Below are positions 63,961 through 64,000 of a stretch of DNA of 64,000 nucleotides, piece after piece (within the stretch, counting starts at the first letter, position 1; each line of letters starts with the position of its first letter). The notes below the pieces were generated by a model. That model saw only the letters and a list, made by a program, of their open reading frames with translations. It was not told the DNA's origin and ran no database searches. A program made the translations under genes and the position numbers. Source of the stretch: Podarcis erhardii (lineage: Eukaryota); assembly GCA_964252035.1 (NCBI GenBank), contig OZ176200.1. The stretch is one strand, 5' to 3'.

Positions 63961-64000
63961 CTCAACTCTTAATAGCAAGGATGCTTTATTATTATTATTA

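Overview
Vertebrate genomic DNA, most likely from a lacertid lizard (judged from a Sauria/Squam1-type SINE and CAGTGG-ended MITEs). The window holds the 5' end of ZEB2 (SIP1/ZFHX1B) on the minus strand. Non-coding exon 1 runs from 59388 into an N block. Intron 1 is about 2.96 kb, and exon 2 carries the only coding segment (56292-56364, [24 protein letters not shown], phase 1). The remaining ~56 kb is intron 2; exon 3 is not visible. Intron 2 contains decayed CR1 and L2 LINE fragments, several SINEs and MITEs, many microsatellites, CpG-rich islands and motif-dense blocks that look like conserved non-coding elements. All other ORFs in the track appear spurious. No new protein-coding system is supported. 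The most interesting observations are: (i) an exon-1 ATG in phase with the exon-2 donor, which would give a ZEB2 isoform lacking the RRKQ NuRD motif if exon 2 is skipped; (ii) the antisense-transcript, retained-intron and uORF architecture of the leader, including an antisense TATA box and a paired E2-box palindrome in intron 1; (iii) a ~88-bp tandem array of 59-nt palindromes at ~22 kb; (iv) candidate internal promoters at ~40.2 and ~48.5 kb. Eight N blocks (140-332 nt) hide sequence, including the probable main TSS. All comparisons with human sequence and the literature are from memory and need checking.
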